A stretch of 64,000 bases of DNA. Origin: Lama guanicoe (lineage: Eukaryota). Below, one piece after another: positions 36,621 through 59,806 of this stretch; position 1 is the first letter of the stretch, and each line of letters opens with the position of its first letter. The position numbers were made by a program, and so were the translations under genes. The stretch is from assembly GCA_013239625.1 (NCBI GenBank), contig MU054117.1:2292011-2356010 (forward strand). The letters are read 5' to 3'. The notes beneath the pieces were generated by a model. It was given only the letters and a program-made list of their open reading frames with translations. It had not been told where the DNA came from and searched no databases.

Positions 36621-39600
36621 CTGAGCTCGGGGTGCGGGGCTGGGAGGAGATGCTTTTGCTTGCGAGCCGGCTACCACGTTACCGCCCGAAGAGCCAGGGG
36701 GAGGGGTCTGGGACCCAGTCAGTGGGGCATCTTGACCCAGGTCAGCATAACCGGCCATGCTTCAGAGCCAGGGCTTCTGCGCTGTCCAGGATAGCGAAAT
36801 CCTAGCCCGGATTCGTGCCCTGTCCTCACCCAGTGTTTCTTTTCCCCCTAGCTTCCCACCGCCAAGCCCCACAAGTGTGTGTGACTTGGGCAAGTTGGGG
36901 ACCTCTGGGACCTCCTGGCTGGTCCAGAAACGCACCTGGCTACTCTCCCAGTGTGCACGTGGCTCCCGGGGAGACTCATTTCCCTTCTTTCCTCCACTCC
37001 TTCCTCTTTACTTTTCTATTTCTGCTTGAGTTCATTGTCCATTCCATTGTGGAAGCTTGCTCTTAGAGGGTAACCAACCACACACCTGCCGGGTAGCCCA
37101 CAGAGGCACCTACTAGAAATGCTAAAGAAGAAAAGTGGAGTCTTACAAGTTCCTGGGAAAGACTCTAGCTTAAACCGAGGACCTAAATAGCCCACTAGTC
37201 AGGAATGCTCAAGTCCCAAGTCAGAGTTGAGGGCCTGGCGGAGAGTCCCGTGCTCATCACAGCCTGGTATGTACCTCTTTTGGACTGCTCCTGTTCCCTT
37301 CATTACTCACGTTTCTCTTCTCTGTCTAGACCAGACCCTGATCTGATGACCGGCGTTTAAGACAGATGAGGAGAGTTAGCACAAGTGCTTTTCCTTTTGC
37401 TGCTGCTGCTGCTTTACTCAGCCTTTAACCGATTTAACCCGGTAACAGCTCTGACGGAGATGAGCGTCACTACTTTACCAGAAAGGTCTAGAGAGTTAAA
37501 GTGACTTGATAAGAACATTCAACAAAAACTTGAACTCAGGTGTTTTGTCTCCAGTTTTTCAGACTAAGTCATGTTACAGTTCAAGACAGGGAGGTCAGTT
37601 TCTAGCCAAGCTCCATATCAGAGTCATTTGATGACTGGTCAGTTGAGTTACTTACAAGGAGGCAGAAGAGTCTGGGTGCTCCCAGTGGAGACATACAGGC
37701 AGTCTTGGAGCCTCTCTGCTTCCTTCCTCAGGTGCTCACCACCTCCCCTTTCTTCCTCCCAGGCCATCAAGCGAGAGGGCACCGGCACGGAGATGCCCAT
37801 GATCGGGGACCGTGTCTTTGTCCACTACACGGGATGGCTGCTGGATGGCACCAAGTTCGACTCCAGCCTGGACCGCAAGGACAAATTCTCTTTCGACCTG
37901 GGGAAAGGTAGGCATGGTTAATAGGCTGGTAGGATAGGGGTGTGTAAGTTGTTGCAAGCTGAAACCAAATTCTCAAGCTTTAAAAGGAGTAGTTTATTAC
38001 AGTCTGTTAATTTTTTTCCTGTTAATTGCTTTTTCTTCCACTGTCTCCAAACTATATTGATTTTTATCTCATTCCTCTGAACACCTTACTTCCTCTTTGG
38101 GACTGGACTGCCTTATTTCTTGAACCCCTTTGTTCTAGAGTTGAGTGGTTGGTTGGTTTGTTTTGAAAGAGGTCTGAGACCTGACAGCATTTATCGCAAG
38201 CAAGTTTTCCACCTTCCCGGTCCCATTTCTAAAAGGTGTCCTGCTTCCCCTGGGGCATGGATGGTACAGTCAGTCTCTTGGGCCACTGTCTGAACCAAGA
38301 GTCAGATCCCGGCCAAGGAGAACCTGTTTGTTTTCTGTACCGACAGGGGAGGTCATCAAGGCTTGGGACATTGCCGTGGCTACCATGAAAGTGGGGGAAG
38401 TGTGCCACATCACTTGCAAACCAGAATATGCCTATGGTACAGCAGGCAGCCCTCCGAAGATCCCTCCTAATGCCACGCTTGTGTTTGAGGTGAGTGTCTG
38501 GCCACAGAGAGCAAGGCAGAGAGCCAGTCTTATCTCCACCCAGCTCCTGGCTGCCCTCCAGCCCTTCCTGCGGCTTTGAGACAATGTAGCTGAGGCTGAG
38601 GGCCTGCGCTTAGGGGAGGGGGAGAGATGGAGAGGGCGGCTGGCACTGCAGTGCATATTGCCTGCTGCTGCTGGACCGTGGCGGATGATGGAGGTGTCAG
38701 GTGGGAAGAGGTAGCCACAAAGCCCTCTCCAGACTTGAAGCCGCAGAGTCAGGGGTTCAGGCATGTTTATCTCAAGAGTGGTGCACAGAGGAGGTGTGTT
38801 GTAACTGAAAGTAGTCAAGAGGTCATGATCTATGTGTGGTTGTGAGTGACAGCAGGGAGCACTGGTGCTCTAGAGATAAGGGGAGGGGGATGATGCCTCC
38901 CCCATGGGTCAAGTCGGGGGGGGAAAGCCTTTGCCGAGGCAGTGGAATTTGACATGTTCAGTCTTGAAAATGGTTGAGCCCTGATCAGTGGGTACTTGGA
39001 AAATGTTCAGAAGACTCCTGAGAGGTAGCAGTCATTTCTAATGCCTGTCACATGGGGCTTCTCTGGTGGCTGAGTGAGGACCGTCTGGAACGTGTGTTTG
39101 TTCTGTGGAGCAGGTAACAGAGTGATCCCCTGCAGTTAAATTGAATCCGTGGGGCCTGCCCACCTCTACCGAAGCTGACACGAGGGCGGCTGCCAAGAGC
39201 TCAGCTGCTCTGTCTGCACCCAGCGTGGCTGCCCTTGTGATCAGACCGGGTCTGGCATTTACCAAGGACTCTTTTGAGTGAGAGAGGAGCTGTGTCATCC
39301 TACGGACGTCCTGTCCCACAGGTGGAGCTGTTTGAGTTCAAGGGGGAGGACCTGACAGAAGAAGAAGATGGGGGGATCATCAGGAGAATACGGATTCGGG
39401 GCGAAGGCTATGCCAAGCCCAACGATGGTGCCATGGTGGAGGGTGAGGCCGCACAACCTGGGATTTCCATTTGGATCCCGACACTTGGGCCCTGGGTGGC
39501 TTTGGGCGACCTCATGCCTTTCTCTGATCCTGTTTTCTTATCTGTAAAATGAGGGACTGGACCACGTCCTCTTAACACCCATTCACGTCTGAGAATGCAG

Positions 39601-42600
39601 CAAGGGTGTGTGGGGGCAGGAGGCGGTGAGGTGGCACCCTCCTCAGCCACTGGCCCACTCACGGTGCTGGTGCGCTGCCTCTCCCTCGCCAGTTGCACTG
39701 GAAGGGTACTACAAGGACCAGATGTTTGACCGGCGCGAGCTCTGCTTTGAGATTGGTGAGGGTGAGACTGTGGATCTGCCTTGTGGGCTGGAGAAAGCCA
39801 TTCAGCGCATGGAAAAAGGAGAACATTCCATCGTGTACCTCAAGCCCAGGTGAGGAACACTTCGGCCCAGGTGTGGGCACCTTGTAGAGCAGGTGGGCGA
39901 ACCGAGGTCCACCAGGAGTGTGTAACTGGCCACTTGTGTCCCATCCCCTGCATGTACTCTCTGTGGCTCTGCCCACCCGCCCCCACAGTCATCAGCATGA
40001 GCTCTTCGTTGTCTTCAGGAGCATGGCTACAGTCATCCACGTCTCCTTGAATCCAGTCCCGGCTGCTACAGATTCCCTTTTTTGGCAACATCAAGATTTT
40101 CATCTCCCGTTAATTTATTCAGTCATTAATGATACTTACTGAAACACACCTACTATGTGCCAGACATAATGCTAAAAATTCCTAAGTATTCAAAGACATT
40201 ATCTCTGCCTTCTAGGGACTCTTGTTTAGTGATTCCATTTAAATTAATAAGCATTCCAATAAGTAGCATGAGTTATGAGGAGGGTGTGTGAGACACTAAG
40301 AGACCAACTAACTCTAACAGATCAGGGAAGATTTTGCCGAGCAGGAAACATGTGCACCAAGACTCGGGATGGGGAGGAACTTTTCCAGGAAGCAAGAAGC
40401 CTTTCCGGTGGGGAGCGGGTTAAGTGCTGCTGAGGTGACCTAGTGTTTTCTTGTCCCCACAGCCATGCCTTTGGCAGTGTTGGGAAGGAAAAGTTCCAGA
40501 TCCCACCAAATGCTGAGCTGAAATACGAAGTCCAACTGAAGAGTTTTGAGAAGGTGGGTTTGTTCACGGTCTTCCCTACCGTGAAGTCAGCTTCCCCCCA
40601 GAGGTGACTCTCTGGGGTAGCTGACAACTTTGTTTATCCCTGGGCATCTGGCAGGCCAAGGAGTCTTGGGAGATGAGTTCAGAGGAGAAGCTGGAGCAGA
40701 GCGCCATAGTGAAAGAGCGGGGCACTGTGTACTTCAAGGTGAGCCTACAGCTGTGGTCCTGCGGCCAGCCCATGGGGGCTCCTCTGGACCCGCCTTCCCC
40801 CCACGACTGAGCACACGTTCTGCCGTGGAGTGGGCAGGCTGGCACCTGCCACCTTCGCCAAGCATGTGAGAGCCAGCTGGTTGAGCCTGGGGGTGTAGGG
40901 GAGGCAGGACTCTCGCAGGCCATGGGTCACTGGTGACTCCAGGGTGCAACAGCCTGGGGCTGCTGAGCCTGTGCTCTGTGCCTGAGCCTCCCTCCCATTC
41001 TAGGAAGGCAAGTACAAGCAAGCTTTACTGCAGTACAAGAAGATTGTGTCCTGGCTAGAATACGAGTCGAGTTTGTCTGATGAGGACGCGCAGAAGGCAC
41101 AGGCCCTTCGGCTGGCCTCCCACCTCAACCTGGCCATGTGTCATCTGAAACTGCAGACCTTCTCAGCTGCTGTTGAAAACTGTAACAAGGTGAGGGCGCG
41201 GAGGTAGCGTTCACGGGCAAGGTCAGGGGAGCTGCTGGAGTGTCTGACACTTGCCTCAGTGACTAGGGTGGTGGGGGCAGGTGGAGCAGCGGAGCTCTGA
41301 GACCGAGGGCCCAGGAGTCGACGCCTTGGCCTTAGTGGTAGGAGGTGGCGGCAGAGGTAGGAGGAGATGTTGGATGGAAGAACGGCCCCCGCACTTCCTC
41401 CCCGGCTCGCCCTTCCCTGTGCCTGCCTCACCCTAAAGAGAGTGGAAACGTCACAGGGTCTTCTCTTTCATCTAAAGACGTGGCTTCCCATTCTGCCTCT
41501 CGGACTAAGTGAAGTTCTCTGCTAGACCTTGTCCTTTCCGTGGAATGCCCAAGACTGGTCCTTTCTGGGCTGGAGCCAATGCTGCCGTTCAGCCGCATCC
41601 TGCTGAGGGCCACCTTTGGAGCCCAGTCTTGGACTGAGAAGCTGCAGGATCTGAGGTCTTGCTGTTGCTTCCTCCCTGTGTCTTAGGCCTTGGAACTGGA
41701 CAGCAACAATGAGAAGGGCCTTTTCCGCCGGGGAGAGGCCCACCTGGCAGTGAATGACTTCGACTTGGCACGGGCTGACTTCCAGAAGGTCCTGCAGCTC
41801 TACCCCAGCAACAAAGCTGCCAGGGCCCAGCTGGCTATCTGCCAGCAGCGGATCCGCAAGCAGCTCGCTCGGGAGAAGAAGCTCTATGCCAACATGTTTG
41901 AGAGGCTGGCTGAGGAGGAGAGCAAGGTGAGTGAGGATAGGGACAGGGAGCAGTTCGGGTGGACAGAGAAGGGGGCGCTACCTTGTCCCCGTGCCCAGCC
42001 CAGCCAGCATGGGCCCTCTGTCCAGTCATGGAAGCCAGAAGCTGTCCTGGTCCCTGGAGCGGTGGCACACGTGTTCTCAGTAAAAGCCCTTCTGACGGCC
42101 GGCATTCTTGCGGGATCAGGCCCCAGGGTCAGGCTGGCTGCTCTGTGCTCACGTTCCTTGTGCCCATGTAAAACACAGATTTCAGAAACGTAGGTATCTA
42201 GGGCGAGGGAATAGCTCAGTGGTAAAGAGCATGTGCTTAGCATGCACAGGGTCCTGGGTTCAGTCCCCAGTCCCTCCATTTAAAAAAAAAACATAAATAA
42301 AACCTAATTCTCCCCCCCTCAAAAAAAAAACAGGTTAGGTATCTAAAAATTGTAGCATGTAATCTTTAAAAATTGTACTTACGTATTTTTTTTCAGGCTA
42401 AGTCTTCAAAATCCAATGTGTATTTTATATTTAAATCACTCTGAACCAGCCATATTTACTTTTTTTATTATTATTTGGGGGGCGTTAATTAGGTCTATTT
42501 GGTTTTTTAGAGGAGGTACCGGGGATTGAGCCCAGGACCTCATTTACATGCTAAAGCACATGTTCTGCCACTCAGCTATACCCTCGCCTCTAAACCAGCA

Positions 42601-43067
42601 TAGTTAAGTGTTCAGTATCCACACGTGGTAGTAGCTACCCTGGGTAAGTACCATCTTACACAGTAGTGCAGTAAATGATGATGTGAATTCATAATTTTGT
42701 ACATGTGCAGCTCTATCTTCAGGACATCTAAAAAGGGAGTTGCTGTGTCCATGTAATTCTGTTAGAAGTTAGCGTGTATTTTTTTTCACTTGGGGGAATC
42801 CACAGTTTGGGTACAGACTGTACAGGTGTCATGTGCTAGGCAAATACAGGGGTGCCATCAGATCGCAGGTGGGAGAGGGACAGGGAGTAAGTGACTTTCC
42901 CATTGGAGGGACAGGGCCAGAGGAGAACTAGGATTCATCCCTCCCTCTCCTTGTTGCAGGCCAAGGCAGCCACAGCTGCAGGCGGCCGTCAGGCCGACAC
43001 AGAGATGAAGGATGAGCAGAAGGATGCGGCACCTGGAAGCCAGCCTCAGGTGGAGGCAGAAGCATAG
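35821..43067 (+). CDS. FKBP4: FK506-binding protein 4 (FKBP52), Hsp90 co-chaperone PPIase with TPR domain, 459 aa
   Basis: Exons 35821-35925, 37763-37907, 38347-38489, 39322-39442, 39693-39849, 40463-40553, 40655-40738, 41004-41189, 41687-41926, 42960-43067 (1380 nt, all GT-AG). Translation [35 protein letters not shown]...[16 protein letters not shown]...[14 protein letters not shown]...QVEAEA*. Confidence 0.99.
42201..42335 (+). mobile_element. tRNA(Ala)-derived SINE in FKBP4 intron 9
   Basis: Head gggcgagggaatagctcagtggt..., A-tail, TSD taggtatcta at 42191 and 42336. Confidence 0.9.
42455..42587 (-). mobile_element. tRNA(Ala)-derived SINE in FKBP4 intron 9 (opposite orientation, within a MER33-like remnant)
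   Basis: Reverse head ...ggggattgagcccaggacctc...ccactcagctataccctc; imperfect TSD ctctgaaccagccata / ctctaaaccagcata. Confidence 0.88.
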
Positions 43068-43720
43068 CCCCTCCCCAGCCCTGCTCCCGCAGCTGCCTGC
43101 CTCCCCGCTCCCTCCCCTGCTCCACCCTGTTAGTTTTGTAAAAACTGAAGAATTCTGAGTGAATTAGACCTTTATTTTTCTATCTGGTTGGACGGTGGCT
43201 TTGGGGGAAGGGGGAAAGGACTGGGCTGGGGAATCGAGGTGGAGGGTCATTTTAGGTGGTGTCACCCCCCCTTCCCTCCCCCCTTCCCTCATCACATGGG
43301 AACGAATGTCTACCCACACGCACACTCATCGGAACGTTAATTTATTTTGCTTCCTCTGTTCGCTGTGTCCATTTTCCAGATGGTAGAAGGGGCAAGTGGT
43401 AGGGATGTGAAGTCTGACGAGAAAGCAGGGTGGAGAGGGAGACTCCAGGCAGCCCTTTCCTCCTCCCGGTCCATTTCCAAACACGTGGCCTCCATGTGGG
43501 TGCTAGGGGCACGGGAAAAACCACTGCTGTGCCCGTTTCCTCTCTGCTCCCTTCCTCGCCCCAGATGGTGTGGCTGATGGTGTCTTCTGGTGTCATGGTG
43601 ACCACCCCCTGTACCCCTTCCAGTATCTCCCTTTCTCAGCCAGGCTGTGTCCCCACTCCCTCAGCCTCTTCTCTGCACGTTGCTGAAGGTCCAGGCTCGC
43701 CTCAAGTTCCATGTTTGAGC

Positions 43721-43726
43721 AATAAA
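43721..43726 (+). terminator. FKBP4 polyadenylation signal
   Basis: First AATAAA about 650 nt after the stop codon, followed by GU/U-rich sequence. Confidence 0.75.
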
Positions 43727-46700
43727 ATGGAAACAATCAAACCTGGGTGTCAGGCAGCCCTTTCTCTTTGGCCTCAGGGATGGGTGAGGTGGGTGGCTAC
43801 ACCGAGGGGCAAAATTAAAGGAGTCGCCCACCTTGTCCCCACTCCTGCTTAAAACTCGGCAGCTAACAGGGAACCCGCGGGCTGCAGCCAGGGCCTGTGC
43901 GAAGGCCGGCCTCGTGGTCCCCATGCTCCCTCCCCCAGCACCTGGCGGGTTTCAGTAGCCGGTCTTCTTCCCTAACACTTAGCAAGAGGGGAACACAAAC
44001 ATCTAAATTGCAGGAACTGGGAGTCCGTCTTGAGGTTAGATTTATCTGCGTTCGCCTCACTGATGCAGTAGGAAGTTCACGCTTTCCTGGTTACCTAACA
44101 AGGTGACACCAGTGTTGTCACCAACACCTGTCAGTCTCCTTTCACGCAATTAAGGGGAGAGGGAGGGACAGTCAAGCCTGGGATCTACGGAGGCCCCTCC
44201 GGCCCACTCTCCAGCTTTCTTGTCCTTACACTTGAACTGCTCTGACCCGACTCCCAGGGCACTAGGGGCACTGGGAGAGGCCAAGGGGCACGGCAGCCGT
44301 GCTGAGCCTTGTCCGGAGAACTGCTTGCAGGTGAGCGCCTGTACCTGTGCCGCCTCCCTCGTGTGTGGGCTGCCAGGTCCTTTCTGCACAGTGATACGGG
44401 TAGTCTGCCCACCCGCAGGCTTGTACAGGTCCTTCTAGAAGAGACTCTCCGTGCTCCTGTGGAAGGTCAGTCTCTGCGTGAAAGTACCACCACGTCGCAC
44501 AGCACGGCTGGTGCCGGAGCTGGTGCTAAACGTGGGTGTCCTCCCGAGGTCACACCTCAGTCCTGCGTCCCGGTCTTCTGTATTTCGGGATTAGACTTGC
44601 CCCTGCGGCCAGTGAGGACACCTAACTCTCAACAGGCACTTCCGGTGTAGACCTAGCACTAAACCAAGAGCCTCACAGATTCACTTTAATCCTGGTATCT
44701 ACCGTCCAAGGAAGGTACTGCCCCGTATTACAGATGAGGAAACCAAGGGTCAGAGTTTCCATAGAAGGTTGGCCTGCAGTGTGAGAACAAATCCAGGCTC
44801 TGCCACAAGGTTCATGTGGTCCTGGGCAAGCTGGGCCTCCTCCCTCATCTGCAAAAACGGAAAAAAGCACTCCTGGTCCCTCCCAGCTCTCAGTGTGCTG
44901 TAGGATGCCAGGAGTTTAAAACAACTTCCGTAGAACCCTGCAACTGGGCAAGCACCGGTTTATGTAACACTAAAACTGTCTTCTGAGGATGTTTTAGTAA
45001 AGTGGGCAGAGTCTTTAATGTTAAAAATAAACCCACTGTCTACTCCACTCTGGGAAGTCTGTCTGGTGTTGGCTGCACCATCCTCACCAGTGCTCACGTC
45101 CTTCCACGTGGAGAGAACAGGCTGAGGACTAGAAGCTGGTACTGCACGTGTGCAAGTGGGCTCCAGAAGATTTTCAGTGGGGTTTATCTTGTCCTCGTGC
45201 TGGTCCAAACATCAAGTTCTATAAATGTCATCGCAGTTTTTCCAGTCTCCATTCTAGCAGCGCCTTCCCCACATCTCCGTGTGCCTCCAGCCTGCCCTCC
45301 CCTCCTAGGAAAGGCTCTTCTCTTGCATTCTGGCCACTTTGCGCTGCATCCTAATCGAATCCCTCCAGCTGCTTAAAAACCCGTGGATGGCTTCTAACCC
45401 ACTTAGGCTGAGCCATCGCGGCCCACACGACCCTGCGAGGCCTGGCCCGGCCTGCCTGACCAGCACTGCCGTGCTTGGCTCCAGTCCACCAGCCACGCCA
45501 CTGAGAGGAAAGGTCAACTGCGCATCCCCTTTCAACTGGACAAATAACACGTGAAAGACAGGACTGGTAACCAGTAGTACCTTTCTAGGAAACTATTACT
45601 TGAAAATTGAGAATTCAACAGTGGAACCTTTGATGCCTTATTCCTTCTGTCTCAATACCAACCTCCCCCTTCCTAAGGCAGTACTCCACAAAGCCTAGTA
45701 ACCCTGGGGCTGGGATGACAGCGAGCTAAGGGCAGTGCTGAAAAGAGCCAGTGTAAGAGCAAGGAGGCGTCTAAGAGGAAAGCTTGTCCTCTTACTGGAG
45801 AGAAATCGCTCCTGCTGACTTCATGGCTGACTTCCCCAGCTGCTTGCCAACCTCCCGTAACTTGGATGCACCAACTATTCTTAACTATAAATCCTAAGAA
45901 TCATAATAAAACCTTATTTAGCCTGTGATGAACAGCACTAAATATACCACTTTGGGAGGCAAAGTAAGAATGTGAAAGATTCACAAAATAGTTCTGAGGA
46001 GGAATGATCAGGAAAAAGGCGCGCCTTCATGAACCTGGAGAGGTCTGGACTAGAAGAGGGACCAGTCCTCCCCACCCCCAGCCCGAGACAGGCATGACCC
46101 CGGGATCCCCAGTCTCTGGCTCCACGGCGGGGAGTGCTTCCACCTAAAATGGTTCTGTCTGTATTTTTTTTTACTGAGGTGAAATTCACATAATTTTAAC
46201 CACTTAAAGTGAACAATTCAGTAGCATTCAGTCCAATAACAATGTTGTGCAACCACCACCTCTATTTAGTTCTAGAACATTTTCATCATCCTTTGTATTT
46301 TAAGCCCGTTTCCTCATGTTTGGACTCTAGTGACAAGAACTACTCTTCATCCTTCAGTTAGTGGCCAGTGGAGTCTTGAATGGACCGCAACCCTGACAGG
46401 TTCTGGGATCAGAGCTTCCCAGAGTTGGTGGTCCTTCCTTGGAAGGACAAGCCTGTGAAGAAGGGTGAGACTTAAACTACAGTAAAGCTCTGAAAACCAG
46501 CATCTCACTCAGGGCAGGGCGGCCTGATTTCTAGGCCAAGCAAGTGTGAGGAACAGGTTTCTGTTCTTCATGGCTTCTAGAACCGTTAGTATGTTCAGGT
46601 GCAGCGTGAATTAGGGATGGAGAAGTGGAAGTCTCAAGCTGAGCCCCCTGGAAGCTCTGGGCCTCACATGTAGAAAGAGCTTTAAAGGTCCTGTCTCTTA

Positions 46701-48899
46701 CCTGGACATCCTTGTTCAACACCCTGGACAGGACCACTGTCTACTCTTGCAGAAAGAAGTGGACAAAGGATCTCCCTAGAAATGCTTCTCACTTAACACA
46801 CCTCCCCTCCCCCTCCCCGAGCAGGTTTCTACTGAAGCTTCTGTTCGTCTGATTAGTGAGGAATATACCACCCACACTATGTCCATGTCCTCTAACCAGG
46901 AAGACCGCCTGGTTAGGCAGCGCTGGGGAGTAGGCCAAAAGCCAAGTGCTTGGCTTAAAACACGACAAGCTCTAGGTGGTGCCACTGGAGACCCACCACC
47001 CATCCCACTGAAAAAGGCCAAGAACAGGGGTCTCCCTTGGAGCATGGCCCCCCAGGGCCTGGGCCTGTGCTCCACTCCCTGTGACTCTAACACTCAGTGC
47101 AGTTTGAGGAACTGGCACAGTGGGGAGGGGCAAGGTAGCGGGAGACTCATGCACGCCTTATTTCTTGGAGACCTACCTTTCCTCCGTTTCTAACTTAATC
47201 TGGCTTTCTTGACAAAAGCCAAAAGGCATGGTACCCAAGTTGCAATCATGACATGACCTCATGACAAACACAGAACAAATAAAAACAGGCACCCCAGCCC
47301 AGAAAGGTCAAGAACAAGAAACCCAAGTGATAAGGAAGATAAAACTAAGGCACTGTGGGTGCTGGGTCAGGGTAGGATGTCGGAGAACTAGGTCAGGCCA
47401 GGGTGCTTGGTGACAGAAGTAAGGTGACCCTCATCTATTTTGTCTTGGGTTATTTATTAACTTGTTTATTTTACTATTTCAATCAAAATCTGGAAAAAGA
47501 GACAACAGAGTGATAATACAGTGAAAAGAAACAAAATTCAAAACTACTTAGGTTTACATTTAGCAGTGAGCATTTTAAAACTGGTTGTCTTCCTACCCCT
47601 TAAACCTAGCGTGAAGCTTTGGATTGAGGCAGGAGAGAACAGGCTAAGCAGGGTGAGGCAGCAGGCGGCCCCACCGCATGGCAAGATGGATGCACCAGGC
47701 ACACCTGTGTGCCCCAGTGCCTCTGCAGGGGCCTGGCCAACCCCACAATACGCCACAAGAAACAAGCCTGAGTGTGTCTGTGGCCCCCGGTATTTGTCTA
47801 GATGGCCTCCTCTTTTCTGTTCTGACCTGCTGTTCCCCGTTCTCATCTTATTGGGCCATCAGATCCAGAGGACCTCGGGGACGTAAGGTGCCATCCCCTC
47901 CCTGGCCCCCAGACAAAAAGGTCCTGCCCTCCAGGGCCTTCTCCCACTGCATCCCGATGTAGAAAGCAGGCTATCCCTGACCCAGCATCACCAGGTGAGA
48001 TAGATACCCTTATTTTTTTACTGTCGTGACGTCTAAAAGACCAACGCGCAAATCAGTCTGGGCCTGCAAACCTAAACTTAAAAACGTACTGAACACCTGT
48101 ACAATCTCACAAAACAATACTTCTGATGCCTTGACTGATGAGGCCCAGAGAAAGGCTGGACCGGATGCAACATGGAAAGTTTCCCTCCAAGCCAGCCATG
48201 ATGGTGATGCCCCATTAATCTGCAGAGTGAGGCCACTGAGGGAGGGAGGCAAGAGCTTGGTGCTGGGCGGGCAAGAGGCAGAGAGGACCCAGAATCCCAG
48301 TGACCCCGATTTCTAACCTGAGGACTTTCCTAGGAACTATGGCAGTCAGTGATGGGAAGGACGTGGGGGTTTGGCTCAAACAATCCTGGTCTGAGTCCTA
48401 TCTCCATCGCTTTCTGCCTTATTGCTTTATCTTGCTGAACCTGTTTTCCTCATTAAAAAAAAATGGAGTAAGAAGACAAGCCCAAAGGATTGTTGTGCTA
48501 ATTATGTGAAATAATATGTGTGAATGTGCTTTACAGGAGGTAATTTTCAAACCTTTACCCACGGAATACACCCACCTTGGGTGGAAAAATGTTTTTTACA
48601 TGATTAGCCAGTGTGTACTCATATAAACGTATACAATTGAAACGAAGTTCCCACAAAATTAATACCCACCTTACTATTCGACATTATTTGGCATTTTTCC
48701 ATTCTATTTCGTTTTTTTAAATGCTGCTCCGATTCACTGAGTTCACGATTCGTAATGAGGAGCTACATAGGTTTTTTTCATAACAGTGCTGGAAACCACG
48801 CAGTCCTTGGTCATTACGATTATTATGATTCTCAGAGATGGTCTGAAGGCTGGGCATCTTCACTGCCGGGGCAACAGAGGAAGAGATCAAGGTCATTAG

Positions 48900-58127
<9,228 letters not shown>

Positions 58128-58544
58128 CTGGCCCAGCCCTCTTAGCGGAACCAGGGTCCTCCTGAACTTCCGCACCCCCACAAGGTATCTGTGGTGTTTG
58201 CACAACAGGGATGTCCGTGACAGGAGGGACAGCGGCAACCCCAGGGTGACTCTGAACTGTGGACCTCGTGGTCTGCTGGGGAAAAGATAAAGTGACCCTC
58301 TGCCCATTTCCTCGTGCACTCGCCCATCAGAGCAGGGTCCCCGACCTCACTCCACATTACCTGGCACTGCTCCTCTCCAGAGCTCCCCACTCTTGCTGTG
58401 TGGGAGATAGACTTGTTCGTGAGCTGTAACACACTTTGCTGCAACAGAGCCGTGGCAGTAAGGGCTCCACCCCATCCCGAGTGCTGGCTCCACGGCACAA
58501 CTCCAAGTCACTGACACTAGTGGTTGTCACGGGAGTGGCAGCTA

Positions 58545-59025
58545 CACACTCTGTTCCACTTATTATGGGGTTACGTCCTGATAAACCGTCGAGAGTTGAA
58601 AATACCATAAACCAAAAGTGCGTTTAACGCACCTCCTCTACTGAATGTCACAGCTTAGCCTTGCCTACCATGAACGTGCTCAGAACACATACATCAGCCT
58701 ATGCTTAGGCAAAATCAGCTCCCACAAAGCCTATTTTGTAATAAAGAGTTGAGTACCTCACGGAATTTATTGAATACTGTACTGACAGTGAAAACAGAGG
58801 GTTGTCTGGGTACAGGATGGTTCCGAGGGTGTAGGTGGTTCACCCTCACCGTTGGGCTGCCTGGGGGCTGTGCGCTCTGCTGAGCATCATGAGAGGGGAC
58901 CGGACCCTGTGTTGCTAGCTGGGGAAGATCAAAATCCAGAGTGCCCTTTCTACTGCATTGTGTGTATTGCTTTTGTTCCATCATAAAGTAAAAAAAAAAA
59001 AAAACCGTAGGTCGAGGAATGTCTG
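58545..59025 (+). mobile_element. Tigger5/MER47-like DNA transposon remnant in the ITFG2 3' region
   Basis: Left end acttattatggggttacgtcctgataaacc and right end cgtaggtcgaggaatgtctg resemble recalled MER47/Tigger5 terminal inverted repeats. Confidence 0.7.
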
Positions 59026-59529
59026 CGTTTGTTTTCTTTCTGAGGGGTCTCTCAGGACAATTTACCGTGTTGTCTTACCACATCCCACCAACCCTGAGAT
59101 GATCTTCCTCTCTTCATCTGGGAAGCCAGGTCAGCACTTCCTCGTTTTGCTGTGTTCTTCAAGTACCGTGTAGCTTCCCAGGCCTTGCTCCCACTTCCCC
59201 CAAAACTCATCCTTGTCTCTAAGACAGGAGACGTTTACAGCCTGATGCCGGCTTGTAATGCAGGCCACAGTCAGAATCGGGCCGTTCATATCCCTTCTGC
59301 TTTGACCCCTGTGCTATGAATCAGTGGTTTTCAGACTGTGGGTTGGGATCCTCTGGTGGGTGGTGACTGGCATTTTTTGGATCAGGGAGGCAGACTGAAG
59401 TAAGGTAGAAAACATCAGTATGTTGCGCACAGGATGGGGAAGCACTGTTGCGTTCCGCTTGTCGGTGCGCGCGTGTACTGAGTGTGACTTAGAAGATGCT
59501 TCCTGCTAAGCGTTGTGTTTAGGGGAGTT

Positions 59530-59647
59530 TGAGGAGAGGGTAGAACTCGGCGGAGCACGTGCCTAGCATGCACGAGGTCCTGGGTCCAGTCCTCAGCACC
59601 TCTATTAAGTAAGTAAACCTAGTTATCTCCCCCAGAAAATAAATACA
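59530..59647 (+). mobile_element. Degenerate tRNA(Ala)-derived SINE
   Basis: gcctagcatgcacgaggtcctgggtccagtcctcagcacctc followed by a taagtaaacctagttatctccccc tail. Confidence 0.8.
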
Positions 59648-59806
59648 GAGAAGTCCGAAGGCATTGCTCTTGATTATACAGACCCCGAGCCAGATGGGTC
59701 AGCCCAGGGGAGGGTCCACGGTCACACTTCCTCCTGAAAGGGAGTCAGGACGGACTCCTTGTTCAGTGTCTGAGAAGCAGAGGACAGGGGCTTAGAGAAA
59801 CAGGTG

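Noticed and set aside
35102..36805. Long ORFs over the FKBP4 promoter and intron 1 (for example 378 aa and 285 aa, minus strand)
   Set aside because: Low-complexity Ala/Arg/Pro/Gly peptides expected from stop-codon depletion in a CpG island. The same applies to ORFs at 30385-30912 and 49171-49891.
44960..45376. ORFs between FKBP4 and ITFG2 as a retrocopy
   Set aside because: No recognisable homology, polyA tail or TSD.
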